Origin: Solirubrobacteraceae bacterium
GTDB taxonomy: Bacteria; Actinomycetota; Thermoleophilia; Solirubrobacterales; Solirubrobacteraceae
Reading direction: 5' to 3'
DNA: 64,000 bases
Assembly (NCBI GenBank): GCA_035567335.1
Contig: DATMPZ010000048.1
Span: forward strand, 7,020 to 71,019
This document shows positions 1 through 10,050 of the stretch, piece by piece. A program made the translations under genes and the position numbers. The notes under the pieces were generated by a model. It did not search any database. It saw nothing but the letters and a program-made list of their open reading frames with translations, and had not been told where the DNA came from. Each line of letters opens with the position of its first letter. Within the stretch, counting starts at the first letter, position 1.

Positions 1-516
1 GTGCTGGTCGAACTCGGCGCGACCGGATCCCACCACCTGACGCCTGGCGCCGCACTCGACCTGGCACTGGGCGTGCTGCTGCTCCTCCTCGCTCTCCGCC
101 TGCACCGTCAACGCTCCGACCCGCCGGCGTCCAACTCGGGCGACACGGCGGCCAATGCGAGCGAAGCGCCCTCCAAAATCGAGCGCTACCTGGAGAGTCG
201 TCGGTTGGCGTTCGTGCTCGGCGTCATCCTGTACGTGCTGCCGTCGCCAATCTACATCGGCGCCGTCAAGGCGATCGCCGACGCGAACCTATCGACCAGC
301 GCAGAGCTGGCCTCGCTCGTGGCGACCGTCGCGGTGATGCTGTGGATGGTCGAGCTGCCGATGCTGATGCTGCTCGTCGTCCCCGCTCGCGCGGCGAGCA
401 CGCTCGAAGGCATCAACCTGTGGTTCGCCCGCCACGGCCGTACGCTCGCGATCGTCGCAGCCGTCGCGGTTGGGATCTATCTGATCGTCAAGGGCCTCGT
501 CGACCTGATCGGATGA
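1..516 (+). CDS. GAP/Sap-family membrane protein, 5'-truncated by the window edge
   Basis: Multi-TM ORF ending NLWFARHGRTLAIVAAVAVGIYLIVKGL; helix pattern resembles GAP-family C-terminus. Confidence 0.6.
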   Translation: MLVELGATGSHHLTPGAALDLALGVLLLLLALRLHRQRSDPPASNSGDTAANASEAPSKIERYLESRRLAFVLGVILYVLPSPIYIGAVKAIADANLSTSAELASLVATVAVMLWMVELPMLMLLVVPARAASTLEGINLWFARHGRTLAIVAAVAVGIYLIVKGLVDLIG

Positions 517-602
517 TGCTCCACCGACACACAGGCGCCGGCGAATAGAGCTCGGCGTCATTGCGGTTTGGCGTGGAGGCTCCGGCGGCGCCCCTTCATG
601 GC

Positions 603-1784
603 TCAGATCTCGGTGTCGGCGGGCACGCCCTCGTGGTGCTTGGACCCGCGCTTTGCCTGTCGCTTGGCCTGCCGCTTGGCCTTGCGAGCCGCCGACTGCT
701 CGGCGCTCTTCTGGCGCGCTTCGGCGTATGACTGCTCGACGAGCGTCTTGCCCCCGCTCCAGCCGAACGCTCGCACGAGCAGCAGGATCGCCAGCAGGAT
801 GCTCCAGGCCGTGACCACGAGCTGCTGGGCCACCGAGTAAGCGGTCGCGTTGGCGGGAGTGGTGACGCCTCGCAGCGAGACGGCGTTGAACGCCTGCGTA
901 ACGCCCGCCCCGCCCGGCGTGACGGCTGTCGCGTTGGCGATCGAGTTGCTCGCCACCACGCGCATGATCGTGTGGAAGCTGACGGGGATGTCATACGCGC
1001 CCAGGAACACCGCGATGATTCCTAGCCCCGCAGCCCAGCTGATCGCCTGCGGCGCCACCACGCGCGTGAGGAACGCGCGGGGGCTGGCGAGGATCCTGCC
1101 CCCCGCCTTCGCCTGCTCCCACCACTTGTCGATCCGCTCGCGCAACATCTGCGCGACCAGGAACAGGAGCGCCGCGATGCCCACGAGCAGGACCGCGATC
1201 GCAACCGGATGGGCGCTGATGAAGCCCAGCTGCAGGCTGAACGATCCGCCGACGGTCAGGAACAGATACACGTAGCACGCCGTGCCGATCAGCGTGAAGA
1301 AGATCTTCTCCACCGCCAGCGAGCCCAGCACCCCCGCGAACGTAACGCCCGCGATGATCGTCGTGAACATCAGCAGCATCGCCCACGTCCCCAGATTCGC
1401 CGGCAGCACCCAGTTGAGCGCCACCGCCGCCGCATAGCAGGCGAGCACCTGCACGAACCGCACGCCCCCGCGCGGATACGCGCAGCGCAGGATCGAATAC
1501 CACGAGAACCCCACCATCGTCGTCTGCAGCGTCACGAGCGCGAGCGCGCCGAGCAGGCTGGCGAGCGGCAGGCTCGTGATCGTGTCCCAGATGTGGCGGA
1601 ACCAGGCTTCGACGTTCCAGCCGAACAGCGTCGCGCCGGCGCCGAGCACGACCAGCACGAGCGCGCCAATCAGCAGCCGTCTTGCGGGAAGGCGCCTCCC
1701 GATGGGCGCCGCCGGCCGATCGGCGATCCTCCGATCTCCCCGCGGCGGAGTGGGCGTGCCGCTGCTCTCAAGATACGCTCCCAC
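603..1784 (-). CDS. Lysylphosphatidylglycerol synthase TM-domain (YbhN/flippase-like) membrane protein
   Basis: About 8 TM helices, motifs ALNWVLPANLG and TPGGAGV, basic C-tail; N-terminus overlaps a GATC palindrome copy. Confidence 0.75.
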   Translation of the reverse strand: MGAYLESSGTPTPPRGDRRIADRPAAPIGRRLPARRLLIGALVLVVLGAGATLFGWNVEAWFRHIWDTITSLPLASLLGALALVTLQTTMVGFSWYSILRCAYPRGGVRFVQVLACYAAAVALNWVLPANLGTWAMLLMFTTIIAGVTFAGVLGSLAVEKIFFTLIGTACYVYLFLTVGGSFSLQLGFISAHPVAIAVLLVGIAALLFLVAQMLRERIDKWWEQAKAGGRILASPRAFLTRVVAPQAISWAAGLGIIAVFLGAYDIPVSFHTIMRVVASNSIANATAVTPGGAGVTQAFNAVSLRGVTTPANATAYSVAQQLVVTAWSILLAILLLVRAFGWSGGKTLVEQSYAEARQKSAEQSAARKAKRQAKRQAKRGSKHHEGVPADTEI

Positions 1785-1834
1785 ATGCTTAGATTAGGCT
1801 CTCTTACCAGCCAACTCGATCGCAACTCCATCGC

Positions 1835-1930
1835 GCGCCCGTAGCTCAGTGGTCAACGGTTCTCTTCGGGGAGCCAAAGAGCAGCGGTCTTTCAAGCCGC
1901 AGGCCGCGGGTTCGATTCCCGCCGGGCGCA
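1835..1930 (+). tRNA. tRNA with UUC anticodon (nominal tRNA-Glu) and a 31-nt D-loop containing an extra hairpin
   Basis: Acceptor GCGCCCG 1835-1841/CGGGCGC 1923-1929; D stem GCTC 1844-1847/GAGC 1879-1882; anticodon arm GCGGT-CTTTCAA-GCCGC 1884-1900; T arm GCGGG-TTCGATT-CCCGC 1906-1922; discriminator A1930; no encoded CCA. Confidence 0.8.
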
Positions 1931-1980
1931 CTTTGACAAGGCCTCAAATCCACGAGATTCGGAGGGATGGGCAGGTGGCG

Positions 1981-2053
1981 GGCGCCGGTCTTCAGGCGCC
2001 GGTCTTTAGTATCCGTGGATACCACTCGTGGATACCACTCATAGGTACCACCC
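1981..2053. repeat. Short tandem repeats downstream of the tRNA
   Basis: GGCGCCGGTCTT twice (1981, 1995); GTGGATACCACTC twice (2015, 2028) plus a degenerate third copy at 2041. Confidence 0.7.
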
Positions 2054-2108
2054 CTAACCTAACCCTGCGCGCCTGACCTCGCTCTTCGCGCCCAACTCAC
2101 GCCCAACC

Positions 2109-3689
2109 TCACCCCTCCGCAATCGCCCGCCAGGCCGCCCGCGCGCCCATGAATGGGGCGAGCGCGATGTAGACGACGTGGTCGGCCAGCTCGGGCAGGC
2201 GTCGCGACTGCCCGCGCAGGACGTAGTCGTGGAGCAGCTCGAACACGCCCCCGACGATCGCCTCCCCGACGACCGGCGAGGGCAGCAGCGAGGGCGCGTC
2301 GCGCGCCGTGCGCAGGTCGAGCAGCCCGGCGTAGAAGTCGTTGGCCTGCTGCACACGCTGGGCCATGTGCGGGTAGGCGATCATCACGTCCACGCACGCC
2401 AGGTGCGCGTAGGAGGGCTCGCAGGCGAGCAGCTCCAGCAGCGCCGCCGCCCCCGCGCGCACCGCGCCGATCCAGCTGGTCTGCCGCGCGAGCGTCTGGT
2501 TGACGACCGCCATCGCGCGCGCGTGACCGGTCTCGTAGGTGGCGACGAACGCCTCTTCCTTGCCGGCGAAGTGCGCGTAGAAGGTCTGCAGCGACACGGC
2601 CGCCTCGGTGGCGATCTCATCCAGGCCGAGGGCCGGATAGCCGCGCGCCGCCGTGAGGTTGGCGATCGCGTCGAAGATCCGCTCGCGCTGGTTGTGGGTG
2701 ACGAACCCGCGCGGCAGGTTGTGCTCGCCGCGCGGCAGCCCGCGCTCGCCCGACAGCGCTCGCGCCGATAGCGTGCCGGGCACGCGTCCGCCGAGCTGCC
2801 CGCCTGCGACGCGCGCACGCCGTGCGCGCGGGCGCCGCGGCAGCCCCTCGGGCGAGGGGTAGTAGCAGGCGATCCACGCGAGCAGGTCGGGCACGACCTC
2901 GGCCAGGTCCGCCCGCAGCGACCTGCTGGAGCGGGCGCGCTGCACCCGCGTGTACAGGATCCGGCGCACCGCCCCTACGATCGCCCTCGCCACCGGGTCG
3001 GGCACCGTGCCCGGTCCCTCGGCCCGCGCGAACCCCGCGACGATGTAGCGCTGCAGGCGCTCGGCCCCGTCCGCCCAGCGCTGCACCCCGGCCGGGCCCG
3101 CGGCGCCCATCTCCACGCACACCAGCCGGGCCGCGTCGGGTCGGTCGCCGGCGGCGTCGAACAGGGTGCGGATGTACGCCTCGAGCTGCTCGTTCCAGTT
3201 CTCGGTGGGATCCAGGGCCTCCTCCAGGCGGCGCCTCAACCGCTCGACCACCGTGTCGTAGGTCGCCAGCAGGCACTCGTCCTTGTTGTGGAAGTGCTCG
3301 TAAAAGCTGCGCCTGGAGATGCGCGCTCGCGCAACCAGCTCGGAGATGGTCGTCGCGACGTAGCCGTGCTCCTCCACGCATTCCACCATCGCCTTGTAGA
3401 GCCGCTCGCGCTGGTGGGCGGCGACCTGCTCGCGCGGGAGCGCCTGCGGGCCGCGCGGCAGAGCCGCCCCGGAGCGGCGCTCGCCGGCCCCGTCCGGAGC
3501 CTCGGCGCGTGTGGCTGTGGCTCTGCGCCCGGCATCGGCATCAGCCCCGCCCTCCGCCGTGGCTCCGCCTCCCGCTGTGGCTTCGCGCCCCGCCGTGTCC
3601 CCGGCGCGTGGGCGCGCCGGCTCGCTGCCGGCGCCCGTCGCACCTGCGCGGCCCCCACGATTTGCTCGACCCCTTCCAGCAGCTCCCAC
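2109..3689 (-). CDS. Tandem (double) TetR/AcrR-family transcriptional regulator
   Basis: Two TetR HTH modules: QRERLYKAMVECVEEHGYVATTISELVARARISRRSFYEHF and QRERIFDAIANLTAARGYPALGLDEIATEAAVSLQTFYAHF; GTG start with GAGGAG RBS. Confidence 0.85.
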   Translation of the reverse strand: MGAAGRGRANRGGRAGATGAGSEPARPRAGDTAGREATAGGGATAEGGADADAGRRATATRAEAPDGAGERRSGAALPRGPQALPREQVAAHQRERLYKAMVECVEEHGYVATTISELVARARISRRSFYEHFHNKDECLLATYDTVVERLRRRLEEALDPTENWNEQLEAYIRTLFDAAGDRPDAARLVCVEMGAAGPAGVQRWADGAERLQRYIVAGFARAEGPGTVPDPVARAIVGAVRRILYTRVQRARSSRSLRADLAEVVPDLLAWIACYYPSPEGLPRRPRARRARVAGGQLGGRVPGTLSARALSGERGLPRGEHNLPRGFVTHNQRERIFDAIANLTAARGYPALGLDEIATEAAVSLQTFYAHFAGKEEAFVATYETGHARAMAVVNQTLARQTSWIGAVRAGAAALLELLACEPSYAHLACVDVMIAYPHMAQRVQQANDFYAGLLDLRTARDAPSLLPSPVVGEAIVGGVFELLHDYVLRGQSRRLPELADHVVYIALAPFMGARAAWRAIAEG

Positions 3690-3715
3690 GGAGTTCCTCT
3701 CCTCGTATGACTCGC

Positions 3716-3769
3716 TTGACAGACTAACGTGCCCTGAGGTTGACAGACTGAGTAAAACATGATTTATAT
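3716..3769 (+). promoter_or_regulatory. Direct repeat TTGACAGACT (putative operator) overlapping a sigma70-like promoter
   Basis: TTGACAGACT at 3716-3725 and 3740-3749; AT-rich TTTATAT 17-18 nt after the second TTGACA. Confidence 0.5.
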
Positions 3770-4352
3770 GTCGGTGCGGGAAAGGACCTGCGCACGATCC
3801 GAGGAGGTTTGGTTAGGGTGGTGTGCGGGGTCAAAAGCGATTTGGGGGCCTGGGTATGGGTCAATGGTCAAGCAGGAGGCTGGGACCGGATAGGAGGGAG
3901 AGAGGGTGTGTCGCAGAATGGGCAAGTCTGCTCCCGTTCTGTAGGCGCCGTACTATTAGCTGGGACGTTCCGTCCCGTTGCAGGGATCTCTGTTGGCCGA
4001 TTCGGCCGACGAGCCGCGCGCGAGGCGCCGCCGCCGATGGGCGCCGGCCGTGCACGCGCCCGGAACGAGCAGAGAGGGAGGGAGAGAGATAGATGAGACT
4101 GCCGACTTGCGAGGAGCAGCGGATGCTGCGCTCGCTGCACGACCGATGGCCGTATCGCCGCTCGCACTGCCGTCACGACCTGCACTGGCTCGTTCGCGTT
4201 CGTCCGCGCAGGCGCTGGTGCGCGTCCGGGCGGGTGCACTCGGTGGCGGGCCTGCGGGCCTGCCGGCGCCGCCCGCCCGCCGGTTAGGGCTGGAAGGCGA
4301 GGTCCGCGATCCTGGGGCTGCGTCGATGCGACGCAGCCTCTAGGATCGGGCC

Positions 4353-6416
4353 GTGCCCGCAGTCGATGCACCCGACATACAGCGGCTCTCGATCGACACG
4401 ATCCGCGGCCTGGCGATGGACGCCGTCCAGCAGGCCGGCGCGGGGCACCCGGGCACGGCGATGGCGCTCGCGCCGCTGGGCTACACCCTGTACGAGCGCT
4501 TCCTGCGCGCGAACCCCCGGGACCCGCGGTGGCCCGAGCGCGACCGGTTCGTGCTCAGCTCCGGACACGCGTGCGTGCTGCAGTACTCGCTGCTGCATCT
4601 CACCGGCTATGAGCTGAGCCTCGACGATCTGAAGCAGTTCCGCCAGTGGGGCTCGCGCACGCCCGGTCACCCCGAGCGCGGGCACACGCCGGGCGTCGAG
4701 GTCACGACGGGCCCGCTCGGCCAGGGGTTCGCCAACGCCGTCGGCATGGCGATCGCCGAGCGCTTCCTCGCCGAGCGCTTCAACCGCCCCGGCAGCGAGA
4801 TCGTCGACCACCACACGTACGCGATCTGCTCAGACGGCGACATGATGGAGGGGATCAGCCAGGAGGCGGCCTCGATCGCCGGGCACTTCGGCCTCGGCAA
4901 GCTGATCGTCTGCTACGACGACAACCGCATCACGATCGACGGCAGCACCGCGATCTCCTTCGACGGCGAGAACCACGCCGAGCGCCTCGCCGCCGACGGC
5001 TGGCACGTGCAGCGGGTGTCAGACGCCGAGGACCTCGACGCGCTCACAGCCGCGCTGAGCGCCGCGCGCGAAGAACGCGAGCGGCCGTCTTTCGTCGCGA
5101 TCCGCTCGCACATCGCCTATCCGGCGCCGCACGCGGTCGACACCGCCAAAGCGCACGGCGCGCCGCTGGGCGAGGAGGAGGTGCGCGCCGCCAAGGCCGC
5201 GATGGGCTGGGAGGATCCCGAGCGCACTTTCTGGGTGGACGAGCGCGTACGCGAGCACATGTCGCTGCTGGACGCCGGCGCGCAGGCGCAGACGCGCTGG
5301 CAGGAGCGGTTCGATCAGTGGCGCCGTGCGCTGCCCGAGCTCGCCGCCGAGTGGGATCTCGTCTGGAACGGCAATGGCCTGCGCGAGGGTTGGCGCGAGG
5401 CATTATCGCTTCCCCACTTCGAGGCCGGCACGGAGATCGCCACGCGCGCGGCCGGGCAGAAGACGATGGCGGCGTTCTCCGAGTATGCGCCGACGATGAT
5501 CGGGGGCGCCGCCGATCTGGTCGAGTCGACCAAGACGGCGTTTGCGGGCGCGGGCGCGTTCTCCCGGCCGCACGCCGGGCGCAACGTGCCGTTCGGCATC
5601 CGCGAGCACGCGATGGGCGCGATCGTCAACGGCGCCGCCGCGCACGGCGGGATCGTCAAGCCGTATGGCTCGACGTTCTTGATCTTCTCCGACTACATGC
5701 GCGCGTCGGTGCGACTGTCGGCGCTGATGGGGCTGCCGGTCGTGTGGGTGTGGACGCACGACTCGGTCGGCCTCGGCGAGGACGGGCCGACGCACCAGCC
5801 GGTCGAGCACTATGCGGCGCTGCGCGCGATCCCGAAGCTGTGGGTGATCCGCCCGGCCGATGCGAACGAGACCGCGCAGGCGTGGCGGGTCGCGCTGGAA
5901 CGCACGGACGGCCCGGTGGCGCTGCTGCTCTCGCGGCAGAACATCCCCGTGCTCGACCGCGACGGCGATGGGCTCGGGCAGGCAAGCGAGCTGGAGCGCG
6001 GCGGGTACGTGCTGTGGGACTCCGCGCCGCCTGGCGAGGATAAGCCCGAGCTGATCCTGATCTCCACCGGCGCGGAGGTTCCGTTGACGCTGCGGGCCGC
6101 GCGGACGCTTGCGGCGGAGGGGACGCGGGTAAGAGTTGTTTCGATGCCCTGTATGGAGCTGTTCGAAGCCCAGCCGGCCGGCTACCGCGAGCAGGTGCTG
6201 GCGCCGAGCGTCGGCCCGCGCCTGGCGGTCGAGCCCGGCGCGAGCCTGAGCTGGTGGCGGTGGGTGGGCGATCGCGGCGGGGTGCTGGGGATCGATCGCT
6301 TCGGCGCGAGCGCGCCCGGGTCCAGGGTCCTCGAAGAGCTCGGCTTCACCGTCGAGAACATCGCCGCGCGCGCCCGCGCGCTGCTCGACGGAAAGGCACA
6401 GGAGGCGAGTCGATGA
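4353..6416 (+). CDS. tkt: Transketolase
   Basis: [49 protein letters not shown] motifs. Confidence 0.97.
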   Translation: MPAVDAPDIQRLSIDTIRGLAMDAVQQAGAGHPGTAMALAPLGYTLYERFLRANPRDPRWPERDRFVLSSGHACVLQYSLLHLTGYELSLDDLKQFRQWGSRTPGHPERGHTPGVEVTTGPLGQGFANAVGMAIAERFLAERFNRPGSEIVDHHTYAICSDGDMMEGISQEAASIAGHFGLGKLIVCYDDNRITIDGSTAISFDGENHAERLAADGWHVQRVSDAEDLDALTAALSAAREERERPSFVAIRSHIAYPAPHAVDTAKAHGAPLGEEEVRAAKAAMGWEDPERTFWVDERVREHMSLLDAGAQAQTRWQERFDQWRRALPELAAEWDLVWNGNGLREGWREALSLPHFEAGTEIATRAAGQKTMAAFSEYAPTMIGGAADLVESTKTAFAGAGAFSRPHAGRNVPFGIREHAMGAIVNGAAAHGGIVKPYGSTFLIFSDYMRASVRLSALMGLPVVWVWTHDSVGLGEDGPTHQPVEHYAALRAIPKLWVIRPADANETAQAWRVALERTDGPVALLLSRQNIPVLDRDGDGLGQASELERGGYVLWDSAPPGEDKPELILISTGAEVPLTLRAARTLAAEGTRVRVVSMPCMELFEAQPAGYREQVLAPSVGPRLAVEPGASLSWWRWVGDRGGVLGIDRFGASAPGSRVLEELGFTVENIAARARALLDGKAQEASR

Positions 6417-7528
6417 GCAAGAGTCCGATGGGCAAGAGTCCGTTGCATAAGCTCTCGGAGCTGGGGCAGAGCGTGTGGATCGACTCGCTCTCGCGCGCGT
6501 CGATCCGCGGCGGGCATCTGCAGAGCCTGATCGACGAGTGCGCGGTCGTCGGAGCGACGTCGAACCCGACGATCTTCCAGACGGCGATGGCAGAAGGCGA
6601 CGCCTATGACGAGCAGCTGCGCGAGCTCGCCGACCGCGATCCGAGCGACGCGTTCTGGGCGCTCGCCGTGCGCGACATCAAGGACGCCTGCGACGTGTTC
6701 AGGGGAGCGTTCGACGCGACGGGCGGGCGCGACGGGTACGTCTCGCTGGAGGTCGACCCGACGCTGGCGTACGAGACGCTGCAGACCTTCCGCGAGGCGA
6801 TCGAGCTGCACGAGACGGTGGACAGGCCGAATCTGCTCGTCAAGATCCCCGCGACCAAGCCGGGGCTGGCGGCGATCGAGGACGTGATCGCGTACGGCCG
6901 CTCGATCAACGTGACGCTGATCTTCTCGCTGCGTCGTTACGCCGAGGTCGCCGAGTCCTATATCCGCGGCATCGAGCGCCTGATCGCCGCCGGGGGCGAC
7001 CCCACCAAGGTGGCGTCGGTGGCGAGCTTCTTCGTCTCGCGCATCGACGCCGAGGCCGACCGGCGACTGCAGGAGATCGGCGGGCACGACGAGCTCAAGG
7101 GCAAGCTCGCGATCGCCAACGCGCGGCTCGCCTACCAGCACTACAAGAGCGCGTTCGCGAGCGAGCGCTGGGAGTTTTTGGCCGGCAAGGGCGCCACGCC
7201 CCAGCGCGTGCTGTGGGCATCGACCTCGACGAAGAACCCGGCCTATCCGGACACGCTGTACGTGGAGGAGCTGCTCGGACAGGACACCGTCAACACGATG
7301 CCCCAGCAGACGATCGACGCCTATCAGGACCACGGCGATCCGCAGCCGCGCCTGGAGCAGCGGCTCGAGCAGGCGCACGCCCTGTTCGACGAACTGGCCG
7401 CGGCAGGCGTCAGCTACGAGGACATCACCGACACGTGCGAGCGCGAGGGAGTCGCCAAATTCTCCGACTCGTTCGCCAAGCTGCTGGAGGGACTGCGCGA
7501 GAAGCAGGCGTCGCTCACCCCTGCCTGA
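6413..7528 (+). CDS. tal: Transaldolase
   Basis: [52 protein letters not shown]; ATG at 6413 overlaps the tkt stop (ATGA). Confidence 0.97.
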   Translation: MSKSPMGKSPLHKLSELGQSVWIDSLSRASIRGGHLQSLIDECAVVGATSNPTIFQTAMAEGDAYDEQLRELADRDPSDAFWALAVRDIKDACDVFRGAFDATGGRDGYVSLEVDPTLAYETLQTFREAIELHETVDRPNLLVKIPATKPGLAAIEDVIAYGRSINVTLIFSLRRYAEVAESYIRGIERLIAAGGDPTKVASVASFFVSRIDAEADRRLQEIGGHDELKGKLAIANARLAYQHYKSAFASERWEFLAGKGATPQRVLWASTSTKNPAYPDTLYVEELLGQDTVNTMPQQTIDAYQDHGDPQPRLEQRLEQAHALFDELAAAGVSYEDITDTCEREGVAKFSDSFAKLLEGLREKQASLTPA

Positions 7529-7680
7529 GGGCTGTGTGACCGGTGGCGGGTTATTGGGGGAAACCCATAGCCAGTTCAACTGCCACAGCTGTCGGCGCCG
7601 GTTACCGCACCCGCCGGCTGGGCGGAGGCAGACACGGCGCGGGCGATACCTCGGTCCACGTGCGAGACCGCGGCCGTGGC

Positions 7681-7718
7681 GATTCGCGGCGAGGGGTCTG
7701 ATTCGCGGCGAGGGGTCT
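7681..7718. repeat. Perfect 19-bp tandem duplication
   Basis: GATTCGCGGCGAGGGGTCT at 7681-7699 and 7700-7718, at the stop of the convergent lipoprotein gene. Confidence 0.85.
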
Positions 7719-9021
7719 ACGAGTAGGGGATCGGGATCAGCACCGCGATCCGCAGCGGACCCGACGGGAACGCCTCGGCGCGGAGCGTGTATACGCGGAA
7801 CGTGCGCCCGCGGTAGCGATAGGACCCGCTCGCGGGAACCGCGCCCGGCGCCGGGCCGAGGCTGTTCTTGACCAGGCGCGAGCCCATGTACATCAGCACG
7901 TCCAGGCCGGCGAGCCGCCCCGCCAGGCGCTTGTAGCCCTCGTCGTCCTGGATCGACAGCACGACGCTGCCGATCCGCCGGCCGTGCAGGCGCAACGGCG
8001 CGTGCACCGGCCCGAGCACGTAGGGGCCGCCGACGTCCGACAGCAGCCGTGCGCCCGCGCTGACCCGCAGGCGCACGATGTGCTGGTTGAGCAGGCCTGC
8101 GATCGCCAATCGCGTGGCTGCCGCATCGCGCATAGCGACCGCGCGCAGCAGCGGCTGGTTGTGCTGCACGCGGTGGACCTGGACCCGCGCGCGCGCGCCC
8201 ACCTCGCCGGCGTAGATCAGCCGCGCGACGCGGCCGATCGCGTTGACGACCGTATCCGTCGGCGTGTGCCCGCACAGCGGCGCGATCGAGGCGATCGACT
8301 TGAACAGGTAGATGCGCAGCGGCTGCCCGCTCGGATAGACGGCTGCCGGGAACGAGGTGTAGGCGTAGCTGACGCCCCCGACCGTGAGCGTTCCCCGCGC
8401 CGGCAGCGCGCCCGGTCCCAGCGCGATCGAGCCGGCGATGCTCTGCCCGCCGGCGCGCAGCGCGGTCGCGCCCTCCGCGATCCCGCTCGTCTCGGCGACG
8501 AGTCCGCTGTCGGTCCATACGCTGGTCACGAACGCGCCGATCGGCGCGCCGCCGGCGTCGAGGATGGGGCCATACAAGGGTGCGAGCGCGCCCTGACCGC
8601 CCACGTCGGCCAGCACCTGAGCGCCGCGCAGCACCCGCAGGTTGGTCATGTGCCCGGTCGCGATCAGCGCCTGCGCGGCGGCGCGCGCGGCCTGGGGATC
8701 GTCGCGTTCGACGGCTTCGCGCAGCGGAATCGAGTGCGTGATGAAGCCGATCGCCGATCCGGTGCGTTCGCTGGAGAGCCCCTCGTGATAGACGTGCATG
8801 GCGACGCTGCCGAGCGCGCCGAGCACCGCCGTCGAGCAGGCGCCCGGTACGGCCTGCGCGGAGGTGGTGGCGCTGGCACGTGCGCTGAGGCCGCCTCGCG
8901 TGCTCGACCCGCAGCCTGCCAGCGCGGCGAGGATCGCGCACGCGATCGCCGCGCGCGAGGCTGTCGAGGGCTTGCTCACGCGCGGAACCATCGAGCCGGA
9001 TCCTAAGCGGTTGCTAACCAT
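7717..9021 (-). CDS. Lipoprotein with an internally duplicated, possibly Cache-like domain
   Basis: Lipobox AALAGC; two homologous segments (PLREAVERDD..LADVGG..IGAFVTSV and PLLRAVAMRD..LSDVGG..IGSVVLSI); start uncertain (9021 or GTG 8979). Confidence 0.65.
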   Translation of the reverse strand: MVSNRLGSGSMVPRVSKPSTASRAAIACAILAALAGCGSSTRGGLSARASATTSAQAVPGACSTAVLGALGSVAMHVYHEGLSSERTGSAIGFITHSIPLREAVERDDPQAARAAAQALIATGHMTNLRVLRGAQVLADVGGQGALAPLYGPILDAGGAPIGAFVTSVWTDSGLVAETSGIAEGATALRAGGQSIAGSIALGPGALPARGTLTVGGVSYAYTSFPAAVYPSGQPLRIYLFKSIASIAPLCGHTPTDTVVNAIGRVARLIYAGEVGARARVQVHRVQHNQPLLRAVAMRDAAATRLAIAGLLNQHIVRLRVSAGARLLSDVGGPYVLGPVHAPLRLHGRRIGSVVLSIQDDEGYKRLAGRLAGLDVLMYMGSRLVKNSLGPAPGAVPASGSYRYRGRTFRVYTLRAEAFPSGPLRIAVLIPIPYS

Positions 9022-9150
9022 ATTGTGAGATTGCTCACATGCGGTTGTGCCCGGCTGTGCCGGGAGGTGTCGCCGCGGCGCGGGGAGCATCGCTCGTGCG
9101 CCTCACCCGCACGGGCGCCGCCGGCAGGTTCTGTCCGCTAGGGTCGGCCT

Positions 9151-10000
9151 GTGCCCACCGCCCTGATCACCGGCGCCTCCACCGGCATCGGGCGCGCCAC
9201 CGCGCTGCATCTGGCCGCCGGCGGCTGGACCGTCCTCGCCGGCGTAAGGGAGCGGGCGGCCGGCGAGCGCCTGCTCGCAGAGGCCGTGGCGGGGCAGGTG
9301 ATTCCGCTGATCCTCGACGTGACCGACCCGGGGCAGATCGCGCGGGCGAGGGCGCTGGTTCAGGAGGAGACCGCGCGGGCCGGCGGTGCGTGCGGGGGAG
9401 GACTCGACGCGCTCGTCAACAACGCCGGCATCGGCGTGGGCGGGCCGCTGGAGCTCCTCTCGCCCGAGGATCTGCGGATGCAGTTCGAGGTCAACGTGTT
9501 CGGTCAGCTCGCGGTCACTGCTTCCAGCGCTGCGAGCCGCGCGGGGGCGGATCGTGTTCCTCTCTTCGATCGGCGGGCTTGTCTCGGTGCCGTTCAACGG
9601 GCCCTATGCCGCGTCCAAGCACGCGCTCGAGGCGCTCGGCGACGCCCTGCGCGGGGAGCTGCACAGCTCGCACGTCCACGTCTCGCTGATCGAGCCGGGA
9701 TCGGTGAAAACGCCGATCTGGAGCAAGGCCCGTGACACCGCGGACGGATTGGAGATTCCGCCTGAGCTTCAACATGAGTACGGCCGCGTGCCGGCCGCGT
9801 TCGCCAAGGTCCTGAACGACACCGAGCGTCGCGGTGTCTCACCCGAGCAGGTGGCCGCCACGATCGAGCGGGCGCTCACCGCGCGCCGTCCGCGCGCCCG
9901 CTATCTGGTCGGGCGCGATGCCCGCGGCATGGTCCTCGCTCACGCGTTGCTGCCCTCCGGCGCGTTCGATCGGGTGCTCCGTCGCGTGCTGGGGATCTGA
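9151..10000 (+). pseudogene. Short-chain dehydrogenase (SDR) with a frameshift near 9520
   Basis: TGASTGIG and LVNNAG in frame 9151; GRIVFLSS and YAASK in the other frame; break at gtcactgcttcca. Confidence 0.75.
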
Positions 10001-10050
10001 CGGACACACCTGCTCTTTAACCGCTCCCGCTACCGTGCAGTGCAGGGGTT

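Noticed and set aside
6413-6442. 15-bp tandem duplication at the tal start ([10 protein letters not shown])
   Set aside because: Real but trivial N-terminal slippage; only affects start choice
6182-8941. Long antisense or alternate-frame ORFs (also 24547-25980 extension, 42344-44530, 50177-51019)
   Set aside because: Shadow ORFs typical of high-GC DNA, Arg/Ala/Gly-rich and overlapping well-supported genes
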